A stretch of DNA of 64,000 nucleotides from Patescibacteria group bacterium (GCA_038064895.1 JBBTSA010000010.1:31725-95724), one strand, 5' to 3'. Shown: positions 18,286-27,481, counted from the stretch's first letter. The notes: generated by a model from the sequence alone, not told the origin. Program-made: numbers and translations.

Positions 18286-19605
18286 ATGTCTGAAAGAATA
18301 CTGCCTCAGGCACAAATTGAGGCTAATAATCATTTTGAATTAGAGGTTCAAACGCCTATAGAAATACCCCGCGACAGCAGAGGTAGAATCAGATGGCAAT
18401 TGCTAGAAACTGATCCTACACAATTAGCAAGGGTAATTGAGACTGAAGCACGCTCAGCAATGGAACAAGGAGTACCATTAAAACATAATGCCTTAAGTGC
18501 TAATGGCCTTTCATATCTATCTCGTGCTATTGTAGCCTATTATCCTGGACGCTATCCAGGACTTCGTCAGGCACTTGATTTGCCAACTGGTAATAAGCCA
18601 AAAAATTATTGGAATGACTCAACAATTATTGAACAAGAGGCCAGACAGTTCGTTGAAAGAAACGGTAATCTTACTCAAAAAACCTTAGAAAAAGCGGGGA
18701 ATAGTGGCATTGCTAATGCAGCTTACACCTATTATCCAGGTGGCTTGCAAGCTTTAAAAGATAATCTGGGTATTGTTTCTAGTCAAAAACCTAATGGTTA
18801 CTGGACTCACGATAGAATTGTAAATGAAGCTGTGGAATTTTATATGGAACATGGGCAATTATCCAGGGCTTCATTACATCAGGCAAGTAAAGATGATTTA
18901 GAAGCTGCTATTAAAAAGCATGCAGGAGGATTGGCGGCCTTACGAAAGGAACTAGGAATAGTGACTCAAAGAAAGCCCAATGGTTACTGGACATCTGAAA
19001 ATATTTTTGCACAAGCAGTAGATTTTTACACTGAACATGGCAATATAGTACCCGATACACTTACGGCACATAAAAGATATGACTTACTCTATGCAGCTGT
19101 TAACAGATATCCAGGTGGGATAAGACAACTACAAAAAGATTTGGGAATTAAACCTAAATCTAAAGATGTAGGATTTTGGATAGAAGATACTATTAGAGAA
19201 GAAGCTTTAGCTTTCTTTAACCAATATGGAGGATTAACACATACTCTTTTAGTAAGAAGTGGACGGTTTGACTTAAATCATGCTATCTATCATAAATATC
19301 CTGGCAGTATAAGACAACTCCAAACAGATCTAGGGGTTGAAAGTGGGAAAAGGCCTAATGGATATTGGACACCAGAAAATATCGAAAGAGAGGCGCAAGA
19401 GTTTTTTGATGCTCATGGTATATTGAACTTTGGTATTCTCAATAGGCAAAAAAGTTCTAGTCTAGCTAATGCTATTTCTATACATTACCCAGGAGGTTTA
19501 ATTGCTCTTAGAGAAAAATTAGGCATTGATGGAAAGCAGCAAGGAGTCATTAATTCAGATGAAGCAAATATTCAACTTGAGAGGCTATTGGAGGTACAGA
19601 TATGA
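18286..19605 (+). CDS. Tandem-repeat protein A (N-cap plus 5 x ~63-aa KPNGYWT repeats), putative nucleic-acid binding
   Basis: Repeat consensus KPxGYWTxExIxxEAxxFxxxxGxL...LxxAIxxxYPGGxxxLxxxLGI. Confidence 0.75.
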   Translation: MSERILPQAQIEANNHFELEVQTPIEIPRDSRGRIRWQLLETDPTQLARVIETEARSAMEQGVPLKHNALSANGLSYLSRAIVAYYPGRYPGLRQALDLPTGNKPKNYWNDSTIIEQEARQFVERNGNLTQKTLEKAGNSGIANAAYTYYPGGLQALKDNLGIVSSQKPNGYWTHDRIVNEAVEFYMEHGQLSRASLHQASKDDLEAAIKKHAGGLAALRKELGIVTQRKPNGYWTSENIFAQAVDFYTEHGNIVPDTLTAHKRYDLLYAAVNRYPGGIRQLQKDLGIKPKSKDVGFWIEDTIREEALAFFNQYGGLTHTLLVRSGRFDLNHAIYHKYPGSIRQLQTDLGVESGKRPNGYWTPENIEREAQEFFDAHGILNFGILNRQKSSSLANAISIHYPGGLIALREKLGIDGKQQGVINSDEANIQLERLLEVQI

Positions 19606-20708
19606 GTCCAGATAGAATAGGAAACCAGAATCAAGAAATACATTTACAACCAACTATAGAACCACCTAGAGACAGACGAGGTCGAATTAGATGGTCAGTA
19701 TTAAGACGTGACCAAGAATTATTAGTTAGGGTTATAGAAAGTGAGGCGCAAGGAATTATATCCAGTGGATTTGAACTAACTCCAAAACAATTCCAAGAAT
19801 CTGGAAGAGGCGATCTTGAAAATGCCATATATAAATACTATCCTGGAGGAAGGATAGCCCTAATAGAAAGTCTCGGAGTAGATACAACAAGAAGACCAAA
19901 TGGTTATTGGACTGAAGAAAAAATTAGAGAAGAGGCAGGACAGATTTTTCAGCAGGAAGGTAAATTAACACAAGCAGTTATAGTAGGAATGAGTAGGTCT
20001 CGCTTAGTTCGGGCAATCTCAAACTTTTATCCCGGTGGTTTAAGACAACTCAGAAAAGATTTTAACACGGAATATACGGCTAAACCGGTTGGATATTGGA
20101 CACCCGAACAAATTGAGATTGAGGCTCAATCATTTTATATACAGAATGGTGATATCTCAAATAATAAAATGAGGAGGGATAAAGCAGGAGCCTTGGCAGG
20201 AGCTATTACACGATTCTATCCTGGAGGTTGGCCTCAATTAAGAAAAAATTTGGGAATAGAATTACCTCGGGTTCAAAGAGGCTATTGGACTCAGGAAGAA
20301 ATTGAAAGGAAAGCATTGGAGTTTTATCAAAAGCATGGACAAATAAGCAGATATTCATTATCTAACAATGGAGAAGGAGCACTGGGTACTGCTATATCTA
20401 GCACGTATGGAGGCTCTTATGTAGTTCTTAGAGAAAGACTTGGAATTCCTGCAAGCAAAAGAAGAAAAAGAGGATATTGGACCTCAGAAAATATTGCAGT
20501 AGAGGCTTTAGAATTTTTTAATACATTCGGAGTTCTAACATATCCTGCCCTTACAGCTAATAAATACTATGGTTTACAAAGTGCTATTCATAGATCTCCA
20601 GGAGGATTGAGAGGATTAAAGTTAAAGTTGGGTATTGAGAAGACTAAACAAGATAGCGTTCCTTCTGAAGAAGCTAATCAACAGTTGAGAAGGCTACTGG
20701 AAGGTTAG
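19602..20708 (+). CDS. Tandem-repeat protein B (N-cap plus 4 repeats), paralog of A
   Basis: Same N-cap (PRDxRGRIRW...RVIExEA) and the same repeats; ATGA overlap with A. Confidence 0.75.
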   Translation: MSPDRIGNQNQEIHLQPTIEPPRDRRGRIRWSVLRRDQELLVRVIESEAQGIISSGFELTPKQFQESGRGDLENAIYKYYPGGRIALIESLGVDTTRRPNGYWTEEKIREEAGQIFQQEGKLTQAVIVGMSRSRLVRAISNFYPGGLRQLRKDFNTEYTAKPVGYWTPEQIEIEAQSFYIQNGDISNNKMRRDKAGALAGAITRFYPGGWPQLRKNLGIELPRVQRGYWTQEEIERKALEFYQKHGQISRYSLSNNGEGALGTAISSTYGGSYVVLRERLGIPASKRRKRGYWTSENIAVEALEFFNTFGVLTYPALTANKYYGLQSAIHRSPGGLRGLKLKLGIEKTKQDSVPSEEANQQLRRLLEG

Positions 20709-20728
20709 ATAATGAAAGGGAGAAATAT

Positions 20729-23700
20729 ATGGCTATAGAACAAGACATTTTAAATTCGCAATCGATTGGTTTGGATGATGAGGCGCTTGCGAAAAAATAC
20801 CCTATTTCTCAAGAAGTTCTGGAAAAAATCATAGCTCTTCCTTCAACAGATCCTGATTATCCTTTGGAAGGGTCATTTGAAGCAAATTTTAGATCCTCTA
20901 ATAGTTTTGAGCTTAAGTATGTGATTGCAAGGGCTTTAATAACTGATGGAAGGTATCCAAATATTAGCGCTTTAACAAGATCATTTGTTCCGACGGGGAC
21001 ACCGATTGAACCAGAGGTTAAGGATTTAAAAGGCAGATTACAACTTCTTTTGGTTAAAGAGGATAGAGTTGGTCCCTTCTCAGATGAAGCTAAAGAAGCG
21101 GAAGACGCGGTGTTAAAATATGTCGACAGAAACGCGCTATTAAATAAACTACGCGGTATCCTCCCTATCCATGTTATGGGAGCTATTACCAACGCACTAC
21201 TTTTTGAGGATGTGACAGACGAGAAGAAACAAGAGAAATTAAGATCCTTCACTACCAGAGCTTTACTCAGGCCTTATTTGGGAGACATTTTGGTACAAAG
21301 ACCCCAGGGAGAACTTGATTTTAGAGATTTGGTTATTTTAGTACCTGATAAAGTTTTTAAAAGCGGTGATACTGCTACAGCGGGAATTGTAAGAGATTAC
21401 TTTATATCTCAAGCCATGAAATTATTTATCGATGGTGAGGAGGCTGGATTCAGAAGGCTTAATGACAGTATTTTACTTGAACATTCTCCTGCAAAAATTC
21501 CTTTTTTGCAGGCGGTTGAAAGTGAATTTCACGAAATTGATAATGTAAACATTCCCCCGGTGTTTCAACCCTTTGTTGAAGGTTGGTTTGCTGACAAATC
21601 CCCCATGCCTCTTTTTAGACAAAAATATTTTGTCTGGGAATTTTTGAAAAACAGAAGGTCTTTTCTTAATGGTGATACAGGAGCTACCAAAACTGCTTGC
21701 GCTTATCTTGCTATGGAATCAATAGGTGCACAGAGGGTTACTATCTTTGGTCCTGCTAAGGCAAGGAATACATGGCCAAGGGAAGCTGAAAAAATATTCT
21801 TAGAAGAAGATAAACCTGACGTATTTACTATAAGGGCGGCTAAGGATTTAGAAGATCCGAGAGTTGAAAGTACAAAATATCTTTATGTAGGCAGTGAACT
21901 TATGGGGAATGCCTGGAATAATCCAGAACTTTATAACCGTATAAAAGTGGCCTTAATAGATAGACGTCAAACCGATGGAATAATTTTTGATGAATCTGAT
22001 GAGTTTAGACATGGAGGTACAGGTTGTACCAAAATGCTTGTTGATATGGTTAAAAAGATGCAGGAAGCATACAGTCAAAGAAATCCCTTCGAAATGCCGT
22101 CAATTGCCTTAACTGGTACTCCAATTAGTTCATCCTTGGAGGATATGGATATTACCATGGCACTGTTATATCCTGACAGATTCACTCTACCAAGGGAAAA
22201 AATAGATGGTAAGTTCCCCTTCTCTATACAGGCTTTAAGAGATCCTAAAATTGCTTACTTTCTACTTCATGGGGAAAAATTAATGATTCAGTGGAGCTTG
22301 GATGATCTTTTTGGAGAAAGAGCACCAAGATTACCAGAAAATCCCCGTACTCCGATTCCAATGTTTCCATATCAAAACGTAATTTATGAATGGGTAGCAG
22401 GGCTGCAGCAACTCGGTACTTTGGCCAAAACCAGACTTTTAAGAAGTGTATTGATGAACCCTGAGCTTATTAAGAGGGTTTCCAAGGAAAGAGGTTTAAT
22501 TCCCCAACCTAGTTTTGATGATGAGGGATTGGTAAATAAACTCAGTGAGCTGCATCAAACCTGGGCCAGATGGCTAGTGGAAAAAGATCCACAAATCCCA
22601 GATGAGCCGTTTTCCGCTGATTGGATTGCTAAGTTTGGGGAAAGAGATCTCTTATTGCAATGTTTTTTTGACGAAAGATTAGTAGATGGTATAGATAGTT
22701 TAGCCAGAAGACATCCAGAAATTTCTAGAGATTGGTATTCCATGGAGGCTGTCTCGGGTAAATATTTAGCCCTTAAGAGATTTTTAGAAGAAAGAATTCA
22801 TAGAAATGGCGAGGGATATGAAACTAATGAGAAAATCTTTATAGTTTCACCTTATCACAAAAGGGGTATTACAAGATGGCTTGATGATCCAAATACAAAA
22901 GACGAGGATTTAGCAGACAATGCTTGGAGTTTATATGAATACATTATTAGCCACTGGTTCCCAGAACTACCAAGAGATATGGCCATAAATATTGATGGAA
23001 CAAGATCTTTTGCTGCTCGTGATAGAGCTGCTCAAATTTGGAGAGAACAAGGAGACAAAAACTCTTTAGTTGTAGCTTCCATGGATTCGGTTGACGAAAG
23101 CATGGATTGGGCTATAAGAGATACTGAAAGTACCAAAAATATTGAGAGAATGAATGTAATCTTTTTAGGATGGCCTTTTGGCTTTGATGAATTTAAACAA
23201 ATGTGTGGAAGATTTTTAAGACCTGGGCAATCAAAACCTGTAGATATTTTTGTTTATGAAACGGAAAATTCAATAGATCAGGGATTTTTTAATCTGGTTA
23301 GAATGAAGAGACTTCTAACTGAGATGTCCTTGGCAGGGGTGGAATTGAGCCCGGAAGATCAAGACTTTTTTAAGAGTTCAACAGCTGCAAAAAATATTTT
23401 GATAGCTCAACCAAATGTTGGCCAATCTTTTATACAGGATGTACTAAGACGGCTCAGAGGTAGAGGGGAATATGAGATTCAGGAGGAACTTGCTAAGAAT
23501 AAGGACGGTAAGTCCTTTTATGAGCTTTTTGCCCAGTACTACTTTGATGAAGGCAGAGATGAATTTAGGGTCGTTGGAAACAATGCTGAAATGGTTAAAA
23601 ATTTAATCTCTAAAGCTCAACCTAAAAGAGTTGCCTCAATAGGTGCAGGAACGTGTCTTTTTGCAAGAAAGATGGTTGAATCAGGGGTCGGGAATATAGA

Positions 23701-24580
23701 GATAAACAATGTTGATATCAACGGAGCAGCACTTCGGATTGCTAAAGAAAAATTTCCGGCCATTGGAAATATTTTGGTCGAAGGCGCATCTCACTTAAGC
23801 TCTCCTTCTGAAAGATATGATGCTTTAGATTGTTCATTTATGATTCCTATGACAAGAATCTATGATTTGGAGGGTAAGATAGTTAATGATCCAACCAAAG
23901 TTGAGCGTGCAAATGTTTTGGTTGAGTTAAGTAGGGTTTTAAAACTTGGTGGAACCGCAGTCTTATCATTTCCTGAGTCTAGCTTTGATGAAGAGACATT
24001 TAGTCGTTTCGCCCAAACACTTATTACTCATTTTGGATTTTCAGTTGCTGGCCCATCTGGAATGTCTTTTGCAACAGATATTCGACCAATAAAAAGAATT
24101 GGGTGGGTACTAACCCTTCAGAAGACAGGTACACCAACCTTAGCAGGCCTTAATCCAAGAGGACTTTTACTTCTAACAGATGAGCCTGTTATTAGCAAAT
24201 ATAAAGAAGGTAGGAAAGGTCCCCCAACTATAATAAAAATAGAATATCCAATTTTCTCCTCAAAACAATTTGAAATAAGAAATCCTGTAACAGGTGAAAT
24301 CACAAGTGCAAATAGTATACAGAATGAAGGCACCTTACCTTCGCCTCGTGAGATGGTTGAAAATATTAAAAAGGATCTATCCCAAGAGCAGTGGAGAGAT
24401 TGGACCCAGGCGAGAAGAAGGATTGAGAATCGTTTAAATCGTAGGTATGAGGAAGCTGAAGAAATTTTGGCAGCTATTTTATGGCGAAGAAACCTAAATG
24501 ATGTTAATATATGGAACAGCGAAGCTATCCAAAGAATCGTTGATTCTGAAATTAATAGAATTGTAAGAAGTAGGAGTTAA
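20729..24580 (+). CDS. SNF2-like SF2 helicase/ATPase fused to a class I SAM-dependent methyltransferase
   Basis: GDTGATKT (I), IIFDESD (II), LTGTPI (III), QMCGRFLRPGQ (VI); C-terminal VASIGAGT, NVDIN, SRVLKLGG. Confidence 0.8.
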   Translation: MAIEQDILNSQSIGLDDEALAKKYPISQEVLEKIIALPSTDPDYPLEGSFEANFRSSNSFELKYVIARALITDGRYPNISALTRSFVPTGTPIEPEVKDLKGRLQLLLVKEDRVGPFSDEAKEAEDAVLKYVDRNALLNKLRGILPIHVMGAITNALLFEDVTDEKKQEKLRSFTTRALLRPYLGDILVQRPQGELDFRDLVILVPDKVFKSGDTATAGIVRDYFISQAMKLFIDGEEAGFRRLNDSILLEHSPAKIPFLQAVESEFHEIDNVNIPPVFQPFVEGWFADKSPMPLFRQKYFVWEFLKNRRSFLNGDTGATKTACAYLAMESIGAQRVTIFGPAKARNTWPREAEKIFLEEDKPDVFTIRAAKDLEDPRVESTKYLYVGSELMGNAWNNPELYNRIKVALIDRRQTDGIIFDESDEFRHGGTGCTKMLVDMVKKMQEAYSQRNPFEMPSIALTGTPISSSLEDMDITMALLYPDRFTLPREKIDGKFPFSIQALRDPKIAYFLLHGEKLMIQWSLDDLFGERAPRLPENPRTPIPMFPYQNVIYEWVAGLQQLGTLAKTRLLRSVLMNPELIKRVSKERGLIPQPSFDDEGLVNKLSELHQTWARWLVEKDPQIPDEPFSADWIAKFGERDLLLQCFFDERLVDGIDSLARRHPEISRDWYSMEAVSGKYLALKRFLEERIHRNGEGYETNEKIFIVSPYHKRGITRWLDDPNTKDEDLADNAWSLYEYIISHWFPELPRDMAINIDGTRSFAARDRAAQIWREQGDKNSLVVASMDSVDESMDWAIRDTESTKNIERMNVIFLGWPFGFDEFKQMCGRFLRPGQSKPVDIFVYETENSIDQGFFNLVRMKRLLTEMSLAGVELSPEDQDFFKSSTAAKNILIAQPNVGQSFIQDVLRRLRGRGEYEIQEELAKNKDGKSFYELFAQYYFDEGRDEFRVVGNNAEMVKNLISKAQPKRVASIGAGTCLFARKMVESGVGNIEINNVDINGAALRIAKEKFPAIGNILVEGASHLSSPSERYDALDCSFMIPMTRIYDLEGKIVNDPTKVERANVLVELSRVLKLGGTAVLSFPESSFDEETFSRFAQTLITHFGFSVAGPSGMSFATDIRPIKRIGWVLTLQKTGTPTLAGLNPRGLLLLTDEPVISKYKEGRKGPPTIIKIEYPIFSSKQFEIRNPVTGEITSANSIQNEGTLPSPREMVENIKKDLSQEQWRDWTQARRRIENRLNRRYEEAEEILAAILWRRNLNDVNIWNSEAIQRIVDSEINRIVRSRS

Positions 24581-24582
24581 AA

Positions 24583-25128
24583 ATGGCAGAATTTGAAACA
24601 AGAACAGCTGAGTTTTTCAAACAAAATTATGATGATCTAGCAGCACAGCTCCAAAATAGAGTTGTGGAGTTAGCTGATTCAGGTTTGAGGATTATTTTAA
24701 CTTTATTACAACCTTGGTCTAGAACAGAAACAGGAGGAGGAATTGCTCAAGTAAGACCTTGGTACAAAGCTATGAGGAATATGGAGCCAGGAGATTGGTG
24801 TGCAACAGCTATACCTTTAAGAAGCATGAGACAGTCACTTGTTGTAGCTTTGGATACTCGTGAGGTAGGTGCATGTATAAGGATTGTGCGGGCAAGCAGA
24901 TTTGACCCTCAAAAAAATGATTTTGTGGCAATGCCAAGGGAAGGTGATATAGCAAACTTTTTAGGGATGAGAGATAATGAAAGAGCTCAAATTAGATTCC
25001 TAAATGAATCAGATGTATTGTATCTTGTACGTACCGGCCTAACTATAGAGCCGGTTGTGAATACACCCAGCCCCCAGAACACCACAGACGCAAACCGTCA
25101 ACTCGAAAGGCTTTTACAAAGCCAATAA
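24583..25128 (+). CDS. Hypothetical protein resembling a degenerate 3-methyladenine DNA glycosylase (MPG/AAG fold)
   Basis: EFFKQNYDDLAAQLQNRVV, MRNMEPG and VVA...GACIRIVRA parallel MPG blocks FF.R....VA..LLG..L, MF..PG and V....G.AVLIRA. Confidence 0.5.
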   Translation: MAEFETRTAEFFKQNYDDLAAQLQNRVVELADSGLRIILTLLQPWSRTETGGGIAQVRPWYKAMRNMEPGDWCATAIPLRSMRQSLVVALDTREVGACIRIVRASRFDPQKNDFVAMPREGDIANFLGMRDNERAQIRFLNESDVLYLVRTGLTIEPVVNTPSPQNTTDANRQLERLLQSQ

Positions 25129-25211
25129 TTAATAAATCTATTAATCTTCATTCTCCAATTATTGAACAACAAAAGAGGTAGGAAACGAGATTGAGGTTGA
25201 CGCCTATGAGC

Positions 25212-25273
25212 GGGTGTGTATTACACACTTACACACACCAGGTGTGTGGTAGGTAGACACCCCGGACTCGGGG
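25212..25273. repeat. CACACC-family palindromic element, intergenic copy
   Basis: GGGTGT...CACACACCAGGTGTGTG-GTAGGTA-GACACCC nested stems. Confidence 0.7.
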
Positions 25274-25336
25274 AAGTTTTTGACTTGTACAAAGTATTGA
25301 CTTTCGGGTATTTTATGGTTTAAAGTAAAGGTTACC

Positions 25337-26323
25337 ATGAAAAATGATAGTCAAATTATTATTTATCAAACAAGTGATGGTAAGACGCAAGTAGAAGTAC
25401 GCTTTGCGAATGAAAATGTGTGGTTGGCACAAAAGTTGATCGCTCAACTTTTTGAATGTAGCATCGATAATATTTCCCTACATCTCAAGAACATTTTTGC
25501 CGAAGGAGAACTTGATCCGAAATCAGTTATCGAGGAATACTCGATAACTGCAAAGGATGGAAAACAATACAAAACCAAGCACTACAATCTGGAAGCTATT
25601 ATTGCTGTTGGATACCGTGTAAATTCGGCTCTTGGTACAAGATTCCGCCAATGGGCAACTGAGCGCCTTAAGGAATATATAATTAAGGGGTTCACTATGG
25701 ATGATATTCGCCTCAAACAAGGTGGGCACAGAACCAGGTACTTCGAAGAACTGCTACAGCGCATAAGGGATATTCGAAGTAGTGAGCGGATGCTTTATCA
25801 AAAAGTTACGGATCTCTATGCAACCTCTATCGATTATCGTAAAGATGCGGAAGAAACCGAAACTTTTTTTAAGACCGTGCAGAATAAAATGCATTTTGCG
25901 GTTACGGGCAAAACTGCTGCAGAGATTATAGCCGAACGCACAAGTCACACAAAACATAATTTAGGACTTACAAACTTTCCGGGGAGATATCCTATTAAAA
26001 GGGATATTTATATAGCGAAAAATTATCTTGACGAAAAAGAACTGAAACTTTTAAACCGTATTGTTGATGCCTACCTTTCTTTTGCAGAAATTCAAGCTCA
26101 AAGTGAAAAAGCAATGAAAATGATTGATTGGGTTCGTAAACTTGATGAATACTTAACTCTAATGGGCAAGGACGTTCTTAAAGGCTCAGGAAGTGTAAGC
26201 GCAGCGGACGCTGAGATAAAGGTTGAGGTAGAATTTACTTCTTATAAAAGAGCCGCGGACAAAAAATTTATTTCAGATTTTGACAGGCTAACAAAGAATT
26301 TGTTAAAGAAAACAAGAAAATGA
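25337..26323 (+). CDS. RhuM family (virulence RhuM-like) protein
   Basis: IIIYQT.DG...ENVWL.QK.IA.LF...ISLHLKNIF.EGEL...YNLEAIIAVGYRVNS..GT.FRQWAT..L.EYIIKGF.MDD. Confidence 0.9.
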   Translation: MKNDSQIIIYQTSDGKTQVEVRFANENVWLAQKLIAQLFECSIDNISLHLKNIFAEGELDPKSVIEEYSITAKDGKQYKTKHYNLEAIIAVGYRVNSALGTRFRQWATERLKEYIIKGFTMDDIRLKQGGHRTRYFEELLQRIRDIRSSERMLYQKVTDLYATSIDYRKDAEETETFFKTVQNKMHFAVTGKTAAEIIAERTSHTKHNLGLTNFPGRYPIKRDIYIAKNYLDEKELKLLNRIVDAYLSFAEIQAQSEKAMKMIDWVRKLDEYLTLMGKDVLKGSGSVSAADAEIKVEVEFTSYKRAADKKFISDFDRLTKNLLKKTRK

Positions 26324-26462
26324 CAAAATATTACAACCCAAACCCTCCTTCGCGTGAAGCTACAAAAGGGCAAGGCAGGAAGAAAAATTTGTATGATAAA
26401 AACTCAAAAGAGGTTTTTCGTTTGAGCCGGGGTAAGATTGATGATTTCATTGCTTGTCCGCC
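26320..26462 (+). pseudogene. N-terminal fragment of a PD-(D/E)XK nuclease-like gene with a palindromic insert, cut off at tRNA-Gly
   Basis: MTKYYNP...NLYD..SKE.FRLSRGKIDDFIACP resembles the LSxSxIxxFxxCP start of PDDEXK_1 proteins; the rest of the ORF is tRNA antisense. Confidence 0.55.
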
Positions 26463-26476
26463 AACTTGGGACTGGG

Positions 26477-26548
26477 AGCGGCGGACCGGATTTGAACCGG
26501 CGACCTTCTCCTTGGGAAGGAGACATTCTACCGCTGAACTACCGCCGC
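26477..26548 (-). tRNA. tRNA-Gly(CCC)
   Basis: GCGGCGGTAGTTCAGCGGTAGAATGTCTCCTT-CCC-AAGGAGAAGGTCGCCGGTTCAAATCCGGTCCGCCGCT. Confidence 0.94.
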
Positions 26549-26730
26549 AATCAATTTCCTAAAAGCATTTCCACCTTTATAAGATTTTATTTGTTGCTCT
26601 CTTCTGCGCACCTCTAGTAGAGTATTATATTCCTCTCTATAGATCATTTCCCATATACCCTTTTGTCTTGTTGATCTTGTATGACCTCTATAAACTATTC
26701 TATCAAATTTCAGATATAATTAAATACAAC

Positions 26731-27468
26731 ATGGCTTACAGAACAAGGTCTGCAAGAAGGCTGGCTAGAAAAAGTAAAAGAAATTTTATAATTACCCTTA
26801 TCTTAATAGGATTTTTAATCTATGCTACACTGCAGTGGATCCTTCCAACCTTAATAACAGGACTCGGGTTTGTCACAAGCTTTGTCAAACCTTCCCCAAA
26901 AAAGACATACACAACTGAAAATTTCTCCCTGGCACCACCTGTGTTAAACATCCCCTATGAAGCAACTAATACTGCCCAAATTAATATAAGCGGATATGGC
27001 ACCCCAGATTCTAAGGTTTCCATTTACATTGATGATGAAAAAAAAGATACCACAGAGGTTTCTCCGGACGGTACTTTCGAGATAAAAAATGTGTCTTTAG
27101 TCCTAGGAACAAATAGTATATATGGAAAAAGTATTGACCCCGATTTTATCGGGGTTGATGAAAATGAAAAAGAAAGTCTACCTTCAAAAGTTATAAAAGT
27201 AATTTATGATAGTGAAAAACCCCTTCTTGAAATAAGTGAACCGGAAGACGGGAAGATACAACAAGGAGAAAAAAAGGTAAAAATTTCTGGAAGGACTGAA
27301 TCTCAAGCTAAAGTTTCGGTAAATGACAGTCAAGTTGTAGTAGGATCCGACGGAATATTTAATATTCAGTTGCAACTGAACGACGGTGAAAATGTTTTAA
27401 ATATAAAGGCACAAGATTTGGCAGGAAATTCTCAAGAAATCTCAAGAAGAGTAGTTTTTAATCCTTAA
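26731..27468 (+). CDS. Membrane-anchored Ig-like domain protein
   Basis: Basic N-terminus plus TM helix, two Ig-like modules (L..G.N.I...A.D.AGN); probable start MAYRT after TATAAT. Confidence 0.75.
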   Translation: MAYRTRSARRLARKSKRNFIITLILIGFLIYATLQWILPTLITGLGFVTSFVKPSPKKTYTTENFSLAPPVLNIPYEATNTAQINISGYGTPDSKVSIYIDDEKKDTTEVSPDGTFEIKNVSLVLGTNSIYGKSIDPDFIGVDENEKESLPSKVIKVIYDSEKPLLEISEPEDGKIQQGEKKVKISGRTESQAKVSVNDSQVVVGSDGIFNIQLQLNDGENVLNIKAQDLAGNSQEISRRVVFNP

Positions 27469-27481
27469 AATTTTAAAAATT

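Noticed and set aside
18286-20708. Recurring AATGGTTACTGGAC-like DNA at ~190-bp spacing as a CRISPR array
   Set aside because: These are degenerate codons of the in-frame GYWT protein repeat; there are no identical repeats with unique spacers and no cas genes.
26463-26562. 3' half of the 80-aa ORF 26320..26562 as real coding sequence
   Set aside because: ERRTGFEPATFSLGRRHSTAELPP is the antisense translation of tRNA-Gly.
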